DNA of 64,000 bases. Origin: an uncultured Bacilli bacterium (GTDB lineage: Bacteria > Bacillota_I > Bacilli_A > RF39 > UBA660). The position numbers and the translations under genes were made by a program. Below, in pieces: positions 1 to 8,705 of the stretch. The number at the start of each line of letters is the position of its first letter. Position 1 is the stretch's first letter. The notes beneath the pieces are model-generated. The model ran no database searches and was not told the DNA's origin. It saw only the letters and a program-made list of their open reading frames with translations. The stretch spans positions 705 through 64,704 of the forward strand of contig CAKOXD010000001.1 of NCBI GenBank assembly GCA_934130005.1, in the 5' to 3' direction.

Positions 1-1
1 A

Positions 2-733
2 ATATTAAAGGGAAGAAAAATAGAAAACGAAGTAATAAAAGTAACAGAAGCAAATGACTATGTAAAAGAAACAATTGAATATTCAAAAAAAGAAAGAAAT
101 CAAATAATAAAAAACATTACATTAAACATAATAACTATAATTATAGTATTAATAGTAGCAATCCTAGCATTTTTAAATATAAGTCACATAATTTATTTAA
201 ATCAAACAGAAAACTATAATTTTGATAGTGAAATATCAAATAAAATAAAAGAAAATAAAGAAGAAGTATTTAAAAATATAAATGTAATTAGAACAAATAA
301 AAGCAAATTTAATAAAGAAGATAAAAATGAAATAGAAAATTATTTAAAAGAATTGGAAAATCAATATAATAATATGGATATAATCAACTACAAAGGAAAT
401 CATAAATATAACTTAAAAGATTTATTTGTATTTGATTTAAAATATCCATCTGTAATGCAAAATATAAAAATATATAATATATTAATAAAATATGATGAAA
501 CAATAACAAATTCTATGAAAGTATATGAAGCAACATTTCTAGCAAAAGGATTTTTAGGAATGAATGTAATGGAAGAGCCAAATTTGATGTATAAATATAA
601 TCTTCCATACAATGATCTAAATCTATCTGGAAATACTAGAATAGAAAAACGAATGTTTAATTATTATTATTTAACAACACACGATGTATATTTAACAAAT
701 TTAATTATGGAAGTAGGTGGTATAAATGAATAA
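2..733 (+). CDS. 5'-truncated membrane protein of unknown function. The reading frame is open from the window edge.
   Basis: The frame of track ORF 353..733 stays open back to nt 2. It has one hydrophobic helix (ITLNIITIIIVLIVAILAF) and I recognised no domain. Confidence 0.5.
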   Translation: MLKGRKIENEVIKVTEANDYVKETIEYSKKERNQIIKNITLNIITIIIVLIVAILAFLNISHIIYLNQTENYNFDSEISNKIKENKEEVFKNINVIRTNKSKFNKEDKNEIENYLKELENQYNNMDIINYKGNHKYNLKDLFVFDLKYPSVMQNIKIYNILIKYDETITNSMKVYEATFLAKGFLGMNVMEEPNLMYKYNLPYNDLNLSGNTRIEKRMFNYYYLTTHDVYLTNLIMEVGGINE

Positions 734-1418
734 AATATTAAATATAATAAAATACATATTTTTAATTATATCATTAATATTAACAACTATATATTTAAAA
801 GAATTTCATATAACAAGTATATATTTTCTTACATATTTAGTATTCATTTTGTTATTTACTTATATATCAATAAAAGATTTGCTAAAGAAAAATAAAACAA
901 GCAATAGATATAACATATTATGTATAATAGTATTATTACTAATAAGTTTTATATTCTATAGAACACTATATGATAATAGCTTAATATATAATTCTAGTTA
1001 TTATATGGATCTTATAAAACAAAATGTAACAAACTATAATGATATTAAAGATAACTTAAAATATCAAGTATCATGCTACTTAGAACAAAATACAATATGT
1101 TTTATAATACTTTTGTTAAGTTTAATTTTATATAGAAAAATAGATATAAATAAAAAAGAAAACTCAAAATATAGTTTAATAAGTTTAATATGCCTAATAT
1201 TGAGTGTAATATCGATAATTCCAACAATTAATATTCCAAGTAATAATAATATATATGAAATAATACTTTATTTATTATTTACAATAACATTAATTATTGT
1301 AGAAATAATTTCATTAATAAAAAATAATCATAAAAAAAGAGAATGGATTATATATATAAGTTTTATTTTTAATTTATTTGCTTTAATATTTATTTTAGCA
1401 GCGTTTAAAAATCTATAA
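726..1418 (+). CDS. Polytopic membrane protein, function unknown
   Basis: 230-aa ORF with several hydrophobic helices. Its start overlaps the upstream stop, and a terminator hairpin follows. Confidence 0.5.
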   Translation: MNKILNIIKYIFLIISLILTTIYLKEFHITSIYFLTYLVFILLFTYISIKDLLKKNKTSNRYNILCIIVLLLISFIFYRTLYDNSLIYNSSYYMDLIKQNVTNYNDIKDNLKYQVSCYLEQNTICFIILLLSLILYRKIDINKKENSKYSLISLICLILSVISIIPTINIPSNNNIYEIILYLLFTITLIIVEIISLIKNNHKKREWIIYISFIFNLFALIFILAAFKNL

Positions 1419-1421
1419 AAG

Positions 1422-1447
1422 TATAGCTTGAAAAAGCTATATTTTTA
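1422..1447 (+). terminator. Rho-independent terminator
   Basis: Perfect 8-bp stem TATAGCTT/AAGCTATA with a GAAA loop, followed by a T run. Confidence 0.7.
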
Positions 1448-1478
1448 TTATATAATTTTAAGAAGAAAGAATGATAAT

Positions 1479-2084
1479 ATGTATGAGTATGAAGAAGAAT
1501 TAATAAAAAAAGGAATTAAATATATAGCAGGAACAGATGAAGCTGGAAGAGGACCACTTATAGGTCCTGTAGTAGCAGCATGTGTTGTGTTACCACTAAA
1601 TTATAAAAATGAAGAAATAAATGATTCAAAGAAGCTAACAGAAAAAAAACGTGAAAAACTATACGACGTTATAATGAATGATGCCCTAGCAGTTGGAATA
1701 GGTATAGTAGATGCCGAAACAATTGACAAAATAAATATTTATGAAGCAAGTCGTCTTGCTATGATAAAAGCATATAAAGAAGCAAATAAAAAAATAAAAA
1801 TAGAACACTTACTTACTGATGCTATGCCTATAGATTTAGAAATACCTGTTACGAAAATAATAAAAGGAGATGCTAAAAGTATTACAATAGCCGCTTCATC
1901 AATAATCGCAAAAGTAACAAGAGATAGAATGCTAGTAGAATTAGATAAAAAATATCCAATGTATGGATTTAAAAATCATAAAGGATATCCGACAAAAAAA
2001 CATATAGAGGCAATGCATAAATATGGACTAATAGAAGGTTATAGAAAAAGTTATGGTCCAGTAAAAGAAATGATAGGTGATTAA
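1479..2084 (+). CDS. rnhB: Ribonuclease HII
   Basis: Contains GTDEAGRGPLIGPVV and the later KGDAKS and IIAKV motifs. I start it at ATG 1479 because the track's TTG 1428 lies inside the upstream terminator hairpin. Confidence 0.9.
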   Translation: MYEYEEELIKKGIKYIAGTDEAGRGPLIGPVVAACVVLPLNYKNEEINDSKKLTEKKREKLYDVIMNDALAVGIGIVDAETIDKINIYEASRLAMIKAYKEANKKIKIEHLLTDAMPIDLEIPVTKIIKGDAKSITIAASSIIAKVTRDRMLVELDKKYPMYGFKNHKGYPTKKHIEAMHKYGLIEGYRKSYGPVKEMIGD

Positions 2085-2085
2085 A

Positions 2086-3006
2086 ATGAAAGATTTGCTT
2101 ATTTCACATGTAGCAGATATAGATGGAGTTAGTCCTGTAATATTAATGAAGCTATGTAAGATAAATTTTGATTATGAATTAAAAGATATATACGAATTAG
2201 AAGAATATCTAGATAATTTACTAGAAGAAGATTTATCATTTTATAATAATATATATATTGTAGATTTAACTGTACCAGAAAATATATATGTAAAAATAAA
2301 TAATAGTATTTATAAAGAAAAATTTAAAGTGTTTGATCATCATAGAACACACATGTATGCTTTAAATAACATATATGTAACATTAGATATAAATGAATGT
2401 GGTACAAGCCTTTTTTATAAATATTTAAGTAAAAAGTATAAGTTTAGAAAAAATACAAAAAAATATATAGAACATGTAAAAAATATAGATCTTTGGCTAT
2501 GGAAAGAAAAAAATGATCCATTAGCAAAACAATTAAGTGATTTATTTTATATTTATGGAAAAACAAAATATATAGAAGAAATGTACAAAAAATTAAAAAA
2601 AAGAAAAAAATTCAAATTAAGTAAAATAGAAAATACAATATTAAAAATAGAACAAGAAAAAATAGATAGATATATTTTAAAAAAAGAGAAAGATATGATA
2701 ATTATAAATTATCAAAATTATAAAGCAGGAATAATATTTAATGAATTATATAAAAGTGAACTTGGAAATCAATTATCTATAAACAATCCAGATTTAGACT
2801 TTATTATAATGATAAATTTATCAGGAGGAATAAGTCTTAGAACAAATAAAGATATAGATTTATCCTTAATAGCAAGTACTTTAGGTGGTGGAGGTCATAA
2901 AAAAGCTTCTGGAGCACCTATACCTTTAGAATATAAAGAAAACTTAATAAATGAATTATTTAAAGGATGTGAAATAATTGGAAATAAAGAAAATAATAAC
3001 AGGTAG
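2086..3006 (+). CDS. DHH/DHHA1 family phosphoesterase (NrnA-like)
   Basis: Contains DIDG, FDHHRTH and GGGGHKKASG motifs. AGGTGAT precedes ATG 2086. Confidence 0.75.
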   Translation: MKDLLISHVADIDGVSPVILMKLCKINFDYELKDIYELEEYLDNLLEEDLSFYNNIYIVDLTVPENIYVKINNSIYKEKFKVFDHHRTHMYALNNIYVTLDINECGTSLFYKYLSKKYKFRKNTKKYIEHVKNIDLWLWKEKNDPLAKQLSDLFYIYGKTKYIEEMYKKLKKRKKFKLSKIENTILKIEQEKIDRYILKKEKDMIIINYQNYKAGIIFNELYKSELGNQLSINNPDLDFIIMINLSGGISLRTNKDIDLSLIASTLGGGGHKKASGAPIPLEYKENLINELFKGCEIIGNKENNNR

Positions 3007-3499
3007 TTTAGAAGAAAATTGTTATATATTAATAAATGATAATAATGCATTAGTAGTAGATCCAGGAGATAATATAGAAAAAATAATAGATAAATTAAAA
3101 GGATTGAATTTAATAGGTATATTAATTACACATTATCACTTTGATCATGTAGGTGCCCTAAATGATTTATTAGAATATAAAAATGTACCTATATACGACT
3201 ATAAAAGTGAAAAAAAAGAACATAAAATAGAAAAATTTGTATTTGATATAATAGAAACAAAAGGACATAAAGAAGATTCAGTAACATTTTATTTTAAAAA
3301 TGAACAAATAATGTTTACAGGAGATTTTATATTTAAAGGAACAATAGGTAGAACAGATCTTATTGGTGGGAATATGAAAGAAATGATGGAAAGCATAAAA
3401 AAAATCAAAAATTATGATAAAAATATAATTTTATATCCTGGACATGGAGATTCAACAACATTAAAAGAAGAAATACAAAATAATTATTTTTTCACATAA
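2978..3499 (+). CDS. MBL-fold metallo-hydrolase
   Basis: Contains THYHFDHVGA, a later GH and a PGHG motif. The TTG start overlaps the DHH gene. Confidence 0.8.
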   Translation: MEIKKIITGSLEENCYILINDNNALVVDPGDNIEKIIDKLKGLNLIGILITHYHFDHVGALNDLLEYKNVPIYDYKSEKKEHKIEKFVFDIIETKGHKEDSVTFYFKNEQIMFTGDFIFKGTIGRTDLIGGNMKEMMESIKKIKNYDKNIILYPGHGDSTTLKEEIQNNYFFT

Positions 3500-3532
3500 A
3501 ATTCACATAAACTTCATTTTTAATTCACATAA
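3491..3532 (+). repeat. Three direct copies of TTCACATAA
   Basis: Copies lie at 3491-3499, 3502-3510 and 3524-3532. Spacings are 11 and 22 bp, so all three face the same side of the helix. Confidence 0.5.
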
Positions 3533-3694
3533 CAATTATATACTTATATCAATGAATGAAGGTGATATAAGAATAAGAAAAAAACAAAACTCAAAATAAC
3601 TAAAACTAAAAATAAACAATATTAATATACACTCCTTAAAATTCAATATGAATTTTAAATACTAAATACTAAAAAATGTGAAACCTATCAATGA

Positions 3695-3721
3695 AAACTA
3701 GATTAAAATCTAGTTTTTTTT
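3695..3721 (+). terminator. Orphan rho-independent terminator about 195 nt after the nearest upstream stop codon
   Basis: Stem AAACTAGATT/AATCTAGTTT followed by a T8 run. Confidence 0.65.
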
Positions 3722-3748
3722 ATTAAAAACAACTTATAAAAAGAATAA

Positions 3749-3778
3749 TTGCTTTTTTTTACTATTTTAGAGTATAAT
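3749..3778 (+). promoter_or_regulatory. Putative sigma-A promoter of the rnf operon
   Basis: TTGCTT, an 18-nt spacer, then TATAAT, ending 17 nt before the rnfC ATG region. Confidence 0.4.
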
Positions 3779-3794
3779 TAAGAAGGGTGAAAAT

Positions 3795-5024
3795 ATGATA
3801 GGAATAAAACTTTCAAAGCATAAAAAAGAAACAATGGATAAAATAGAAGAATATTTAAATCCATCTGAAGTATATTTTAAAATTGATGATACTGACTCAT
3901 TATTAGTTAATCAAAATGATATTGTATTTAAAGGAGAAAAAATAATTAAAACCAAATACGATACCTATAAACATAGTAGTATAAGTGGAATAGTAAAAGA
4001 CATAGTAACAATGACTGATTATCAAAATAATGAATCAAAATTTATTAAAATAATAAATGATTTCAAAGAAGCAAATAAATTTAAAGAACAAGACTTAAAT
4101 AATATAACAAAAGAAGAATTTATAAATAACCTAAAAGAAAATGGAATAGTAGGACTTGGAGGAGCAGGATTTCCTACATATATTAAATACGATGTTGATA
4201 ATTTTAAAACACTTATAGTAAATGCTGTTGAATGTGAACCATATATAACATCAGACTATATCACATGCTTTAATAACATAGATAAAATAGTAGAAATACT
4301 AAATTTAATAGATAAAGTGTATAATTTGAAAGAAATATTTATAGCTATTAAAATAAAAAACAGAACATTAAAAGAAAAAATAATACCATATATAGCAAAA
4401 AATAAAAAAATAAAATTGATTGAAGTACCAAATTTATATCCAATGGGATGGGAAAAATCATTAGTAAGATATATAAAACACACTGATTATAATAAACTTC
4501 CTATCGAAAAAGAAATTATAGTAAGTAATGCATCTACAATTTATTCTATATATGAATCATTAAAATATAATAAACCATTAATAGAAAAAATAGTAACAGT
4601 TAGTGGTGATAATATAGAAAATAGTACTAATATAAAACTAAAAATCGGAACAAAATTTAGTGAACTAAAAAAAATATTTAAAAATTATAAAAATGAAGAA
4701 ATGACTTTAATAACAGGTGGACCAATGATGGGAACTAGTGTAAAAACTGATGAATTTATTATACCTAATAATTTAAATTCAGTAATAGCATTCAAAAATA
4801 TAAAAGAATTTAAATCTATAACATGTTTAAGATGTGGTAAATGTAGTGATCATTGTCCAGCTAAAATATGTCCAGTTTTAGTAAAAGATAATATAGAAAA
4901 TAAAGAAGAATTAAAAAGACTAAATGTTAATAGATGTATAGAATGCGGAATATGTTCATTTGTATGTCCATCAAGAATTAATTTAAGAGAATATGTAAAA
5001 GAAGCAAAGAAAAAGGTGAAATAA
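3795..5024 (+). CDS. rnfC: Rnf complex subunit C
   Basis: Contains GLGGAGFPT and two ferredoxin-type clusters: CLRCGKCSDHCP and CIECGICSFVCP. Confidence 0.9.
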   Translation: MIGIKLSKHKKETMDKIEEYLNPSEVYFKIDDTDSLLVNQNDIVFKGEKIIKTKYDTYKHSSISGIVKDIVTMTDYQNNESKFIKIINDFKEANKFKEQDLNNITKEEFINNLKENGIVGLGGAGFPTYIKYDVDNFKTLIVNAVECEPYITSDYITCFNNIDKIVEILNLIDKVYNLKEIFIAIKIKNRTLKEKIIPYIAKNKKIKLIEVPNLYPMGWEKSLVRYIKHTDYNKLPIEKEIIVSNASTIYSIYESLKYNKPLIEKIVTVSGDNIENSTNIKLKIGTKFSELKKIFKNYKNEEMTLITGGPMMGTSVKTDEFIIPNNLNSVIAFKNIKEFKSITCLRCGKCSDHCPAKICPVLVKDNIENKEELKRLNVNRCIECGICSFVCPSRINLREYVKEAKKKVK

Positions 5025-6442
5025 TGAAATTTAATGTAATAAAAGGACCATTTTTTAAAAGTAAAAACAACACAAATAAAATTATGATTAATTTACTTAT
5101 AGCACTTATACCAATCATATTATTTTCTTTTTATAAAAATGGTATAGTTTTATATCAAAATAATAAAACAGATATATTTGGAATGTTTTATCCTTTGATT
5201 TTTATATTAACAGGAGTAGTGTCAAGCTTTATAATCGAGACTATATATGCATATTTATTTTTACATTTAAAAAAAGATAAACTAAAAAAATATATAAAAA
5301 CTTCATTTAGTATATTTCCAGGATTATTTGTAAGTTTAGTATTACCGATAAATACACCGATAGAAATGGTTGTATTAGCGTCTATAATAGCTACAGTAAT
5401 AGGAAAAATGATTTATGGAGGATTTGGACATAATATATTTAATCCAGCCTTAATAGGATGCTTATTTGTTTTAACTGCATATTCAAGTGTTATATCTTTA
5501 AATGGAGGATATATAAATAAATATGAACTAGATACAATAGGAAGTGCAACTCCACTTACGAATAGTAAAATAGTAGAAAACATAAGTTATGATTCACTTG
5601 TAAAACCATATGGAAGTTTATCAGATTTCTTCTTTGGATTTATACCAGGATCGACAGGAGAAACATGCTCATTTTTAATTATTATTGCTTTAATATACTT
5701 AATAATAAAAAAAGTAATAAAATGGAAAATACCAATAATATATATAGGAACAGTTTTTATAATGACTTTAATAATTGGAAAAATAAATAATTTAGGTATA
5801 TGGTATCCAATATTTAGTATCTTAAGTGGTGGATTATTATTTGGAGCAACCTTTATGGCAACTGATCCAGTGACAAGTCCTGTAACAAGCTTAGGTCAAG
5901 TTATATATGCATTAATGCTTGGAATACTTACAGTAACATTCAGATATTTAACAAGTGCTCCAGAAGGAGTTTTAACATCAATATTAACCATGAATATGTT
6001 TGTACCATTACTAGATAGATTAGGTTCTAGTAGTAAATTTGCGTATAAAAAATCATTACTTCCTTTAGTAATAATATTTATTTTAACATTAGGACTTAGT
6101 ATAAATGTAGGAAACAAATTAAAGAAAAATAATGATGAAGATACAAATTTTAAAATAATAGAAAAAACAAATAGTTACTACATTGTAACAGAAAAAGGAA
6201 ATGGTGGACCTATAAAAGCCAAAATAACAATAAATGATAGTAAAATAACTAATATAGAAATACTTGAAAATAATGAAACAGAATCATATTACAAATTAAT
6301 TGAAGAACAAAATTATATTAATAAATTAATAAATAATCAAGAAAACATCAAGAATATAGACACTGTATCAGGAGCAACTATTTCATCAACTGCATTAAAA
6401 AGAATGGTTATAAATGTAATAAACGATAGGTGGGGAAAATAA
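5024..6442 (+). CDS. rnfD: Rnf subunit D fused to an RnfG-type FMN-binding domain
   Basis: The RnfD core has GSATPLT and MATDPVTSP. An extra TM helix follows, then an FMN_bind-like C-terminus ending in DTVSGATISS. At 472 aa it is clearly longer than the RnfD length I recall (about 310-350 aa). Confidence 0.85.
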   Translation: MKFNVIKGPFFKSKNNTNKIMINLLIALIPIILFSFYKNGIVLYQNNKTDIFGMFYPLIFILTGVVSSFIIETIYAYLFLHLKKDKLKKYIKTSFSIFPGLFVSLVLPINTPIEMVVLASIIATVIGKMIYGGFGHNIFNPALIGCLFVLTAYSSVISLNGGYINKYELDTIGSATPLTNSKIVENISYDSLVKPYGSLSDFFFGFIPGSTGETCSFLIIIALIYLIIKKVIKWKIPIIYIGTVFIMTLIIGKINNLGIWYPIFSILSGGLLFGATFMATDPVTSPVTSLGQVIYALMLGILTVTFRYLTSAPEGVLTSILTMNMFVPLLDRLGSSSKFAYKKSLLPLVIIFILTLGLSINVGNKLKKNNDEDTNFKIIEKTNSYYIVTEKGNGGPIKAKITINDSKITNIEILENNETESYYKLIEEQNYINKLINNQENIKNIDTVSGATISSTALKRMVINVINDRWGK

Positions 6443-6528
6443 TGAAAAAATTAAATGGAATAATTGTTTTAACATTAACCGCATTTATTTGTTCTTTGAT
6501 ACTTGTTATAGTAAGGACAGTGGTATAA
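6442..6528 (+). CDS. 28-aa single-TM micro-ORF (MKKLNGIIVLTLTAFICSLILVIVRTVV)
   Basis: TAATG overlaps occur at both ends, which suggests translational coupling. It is below the ORF-track cut-off. Confidence 0.4.
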   Translation: MKKLNGIIVLTLTAFICSLILVIVRTVV

Positions 6529-7109
6529 TGGATAATTTTTATTATAATTTATTAAATATTGGAAAAGAAAAACTAACAGATCAAAAATATTTTGATATTG
6601 TAAATAGAATAATAGAAGAAGAAACTAATAATTTAAAAACAGATAATTATGATTTAAAACAAATGTGTAAAATAATTTCAACTAATATAGATTTTAGATT
6701 ACATGAATTAAATATAAGTTCAAAAATCATTAATACAAAAATATTATTTGATGTATTTGAACATCAATTTATAATTTCATCTTATATAAATTTAGAAGGA
6801 AAAATAAACTACGTTTTAATAGATCCAACTTACGTACAATTTATAAATAAAAATGAATATGATTATAAAACAGTAACCCCAGTCGATATATTAAAAAAAG
6901 ATGAAAAAGGTAAAAAATTACTAGATAATTTACTATGTTTAGGTTTTTCTATTATAGATGATGATGATATAAGATTATATATTTCTTCAATTGTATATGG
7001 AACAGATATGTTTTATGAATTTATAGATAAAGAAATCAATGTTACAATTAATGACTTAATTATGAAAGGAAGATATAATGAAAACAATATTAAATGGAAT
7101 AATAAATGA
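6528..7109 (+). CDS. Cytoplasmic protein with a transglutaminase-like/papain-like Cys-His-Asp signature, inserted in the rnf operon
   Basis: ATG 6528 is preceded by AAGGA. The signature is C47 (QMCKII), H79 (FEHQF) and D99 (LIDPTY). The 3' end overlaps rnfE by 32 nt. Confidence 0.55.
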   Translation: MDNFYYNLLNIGKEKLTDQKYFDIVNRIIEEETNNLKTDNYDLKQMCKIISTNIDFRLHELNISSKIINTKILFDVFEHQFIISSYINLEGKINYVLIDPTYVQFINKNEYDYKTVTPVDILKKDEKGKKLLDNLLCLGFSIIDDDDIRLYISSIVYGTDMFYEFIDKEINVTINDLIMKGRYNENNIKWNNK

Positions 7110-7716
7110 AAATCCAATTTTAGTATTATTACTTGGTCTTTGTTCAACACTTGCAGTTACAACAAATTTTGAAAATGCCTATATAATGGGAATATGCGTA
7201 ATTATTATATTAACATTTTCAAATATAACTGTTTCATTAATAAGAAAATTAGTTCCTAAAAATGTAGAAGTACCAGTATATATATTAATAATTTCAACAT
7301 TTGTTACTATTCTTGAAATATTATTAGAACATTATACTCCTGCATTATATAAGGTATTAGGAATATATTTACCACTTATAGTAGTAAACTGTATAGTACT
7401 TGGTAGAGCATTATCAGTAGCATCTAAAACAAATGTAAGAACAAGTTTTCTTGATGCAGTAGGTATAGGTCTTGGTTATACATTAATTTTAATGTTAATA
7501 GCGGCATTTAGAGAAATATTTGGAAACAATACAATAACATTTATGAATTCTATCAGTAACATTACAGGATATAAATTAATATATAAAGTTTTTCCAGATA
7601 ATAATTTAATACCTTTTAATATATTAATAAAACCAGCAGGAGCATTTTTAACATTAGGATTTTTACTATTTTTATTTAATCTTATAAAAGGAGGCAAAAA
7701 AGATGAATCTAATTAA
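7078..7716 (+). CDS. rnfE: Rnf complex subunit E
   Basis: Contains NPILVLLLGLCSTLAVTT and is a polytopic membrane protein. Confidence 0.9.
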   Translation: MKTILNGIINENPILVLLLGLCSTLAVTTNFENAYIMGICVIIILTFSNITVSLIRKLVPKNVEVPVYILIISTFVTILEILLEHYTPALYKVLGIYLPLIVVNCIVLGRALSVASKTNVRTSFLDAVGIGLGYTLILMLIAAFREIFGNNTITFMNSISNITGYKLIYKVFPDNNLIPFNILIKPAGAFLTLGFLLFLFNLIKGGKKDESN

Positions 7717-8266
7717 TTTATTTATAACATCAATTTTAACCGAAAATATAGTATTAACTAAATTTTTAGGTATATGTCCATTTATAGGAACAAGTAAAAA
7801 AAGAAAAAATGCTATTAGTATGGGACTATCTGTAATGCTTGTTATAACACTATCATCAATTATCACATATCTTTTATACCATTATTTGTTAGTACCAACA
7901 AAAACAGAATATTTAAAAACAATTTTATTTGTACTTGTAATAGCTTCATTAGTACAATTGTTAGAAATAATATTAAAAAGATATATGAAACCAATTTATG
8001 ATATGCTTGGTATATATTTACCACTTATTACAACTAACTGTGCAGTACTTGGAATAGTTTTACTTAATATAACAAATGATTATAATTTTATAGAAATGAT
8101 AATTTATAGTATATCAAGTAGTTTAGGATTTACATTAGTAATATATTTATTCTCAAGTATGCGTGAAAAAATAGATAATGCACCTATATTAAAGCCACTT
8201 AAAGGATATCCAATAGCTCTAATAACTGCAGCTATTATGGCACTATTATTTTCTAGATACGTATGA
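7703..8266 (+). CDS. rnfA: Rnf complex subunit A
   Basis: Contains ENIVLTKFLGICPFIGTS and is a polytopic membrane protein. Confidence 0.9.
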   Translation: MNLINLFITSILTENIVLTKFLGICPFIGTSKKRKNAISMGLSVMLVITLSSIITYLLYHYLLVPTKTEYLKTILFVLVIASLVQLLEIILKRYMKPIYDMLGIYLPLITTNCAVLGIVLLNITNDYNFIEMIIYSISSSLGFTLVIYLFSSMREKIDNAPILKPLKGYPIALITAAIMALLFSRYV

Positions 8267-8394
8267 AAATTATACCATTTATATTAATAATATTGCTTTC
8301 AATTTTAACAATATATTTAACAAGTAAAAATAAATGCAAAAGAGATTGTACAAAATGTATGGGGTGCAAATTATATAAGGAGGATAGAAAATGA
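8263..8394 (+). CDS. 43-aa TM plus Cys-rich micro-protein (C-x3-C-x2-C-x2-C)
   Basis: Sequence is MKIIPFILIILLSILTIYLTSKNKCKRDCTKCMGCKLYKEDRK. ATGA overlaps link it to both the rnfA stop and the rnfB start. It is below the track cut-off. Confidence 0.5.
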   Translation: MKIIPFILIILLSILTIYLTSKNKCKRDCTKCMGCKLYKEDRK

Positions 8395-8657
8395 TAGCGG
8401 TTTTAATAATGACAGTAACTGCATTTATATTAGGGTTAGTTCTTGTTCTAACAGATTTATTTATAAATAAAAAGGATAAAAAAGAAGAAGAATATCTAAA
8501 AAGATTGCCAGGATATAATTGTGGAGCATGTGGATATGGATCTTGTAGTGGAATGGCAAAAGCAATGATTCAAAACATAGAAGCATATAAAAAATGTAGA
8601 CCTTTAAGAGGTGAAAAATTAAAAAATATGGAAGAATATTTAAAAGAAAAAAAATAG
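8391..8657 (+). CDS. rnfB: Miniature RnfB: membrane anchor plus the N-terminal Fe-S domain only
   Basis: Contains LPGYNCGACGYGSCSGMAKA. It has no CxxCxxCxxxCP ferredoxin repeats, and a terminator follows immediately. Confidence 0.75.
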   Translation: MIAVLIMTVTAFILGLVLVLTDLFINKKDKKEEEYLKRLPGYNCGACGYGSCSGMAKAMIQNIEAYKKCRPLRGEKLKNMEEYLKEKK

Positions 8658-8679
8658 TAGAAATTTCTACTATTTTTTG
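8655..8679 (+). terminator. Rho-independent terminator of the rnf operon
   Basis: 18-nt palindrome TAGTAGAAATTTCTACTA followed by T6. Confidence 0.7.
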
Positions 8680-8705
8680 CTAGAATAATAAAAGAGGTGG
8701 TATTA

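Noticed and set aside
1428-1478. Upstream TTG start for rnhB, and similarly extended track starts at 2077, 6489, 8697, 11333, 27790, 42383, 49736 and 61169.
   Set aside because: In each case an internal ATG or GTG sits at proper spacing from a GGTGAT or GGAGG-type site. The extension either overlaps a terminator hairpin or adds non-conserved residues.
3552-3650. Small ORFs in the 3.5-3.7 kb intergenic region: a plus-strand 15-aa MNEGDIRIRKKQNSK and a minus-strand 27-aa F-rich peptide with a TTG start after AAGGAG.
   Set aside because: The plus-strand ORF has no ribosome binding site. The minus-strand ORF needs a TTG start at a long spacing and has no terminator. That is too weak to call as a gene or a type I toxin.
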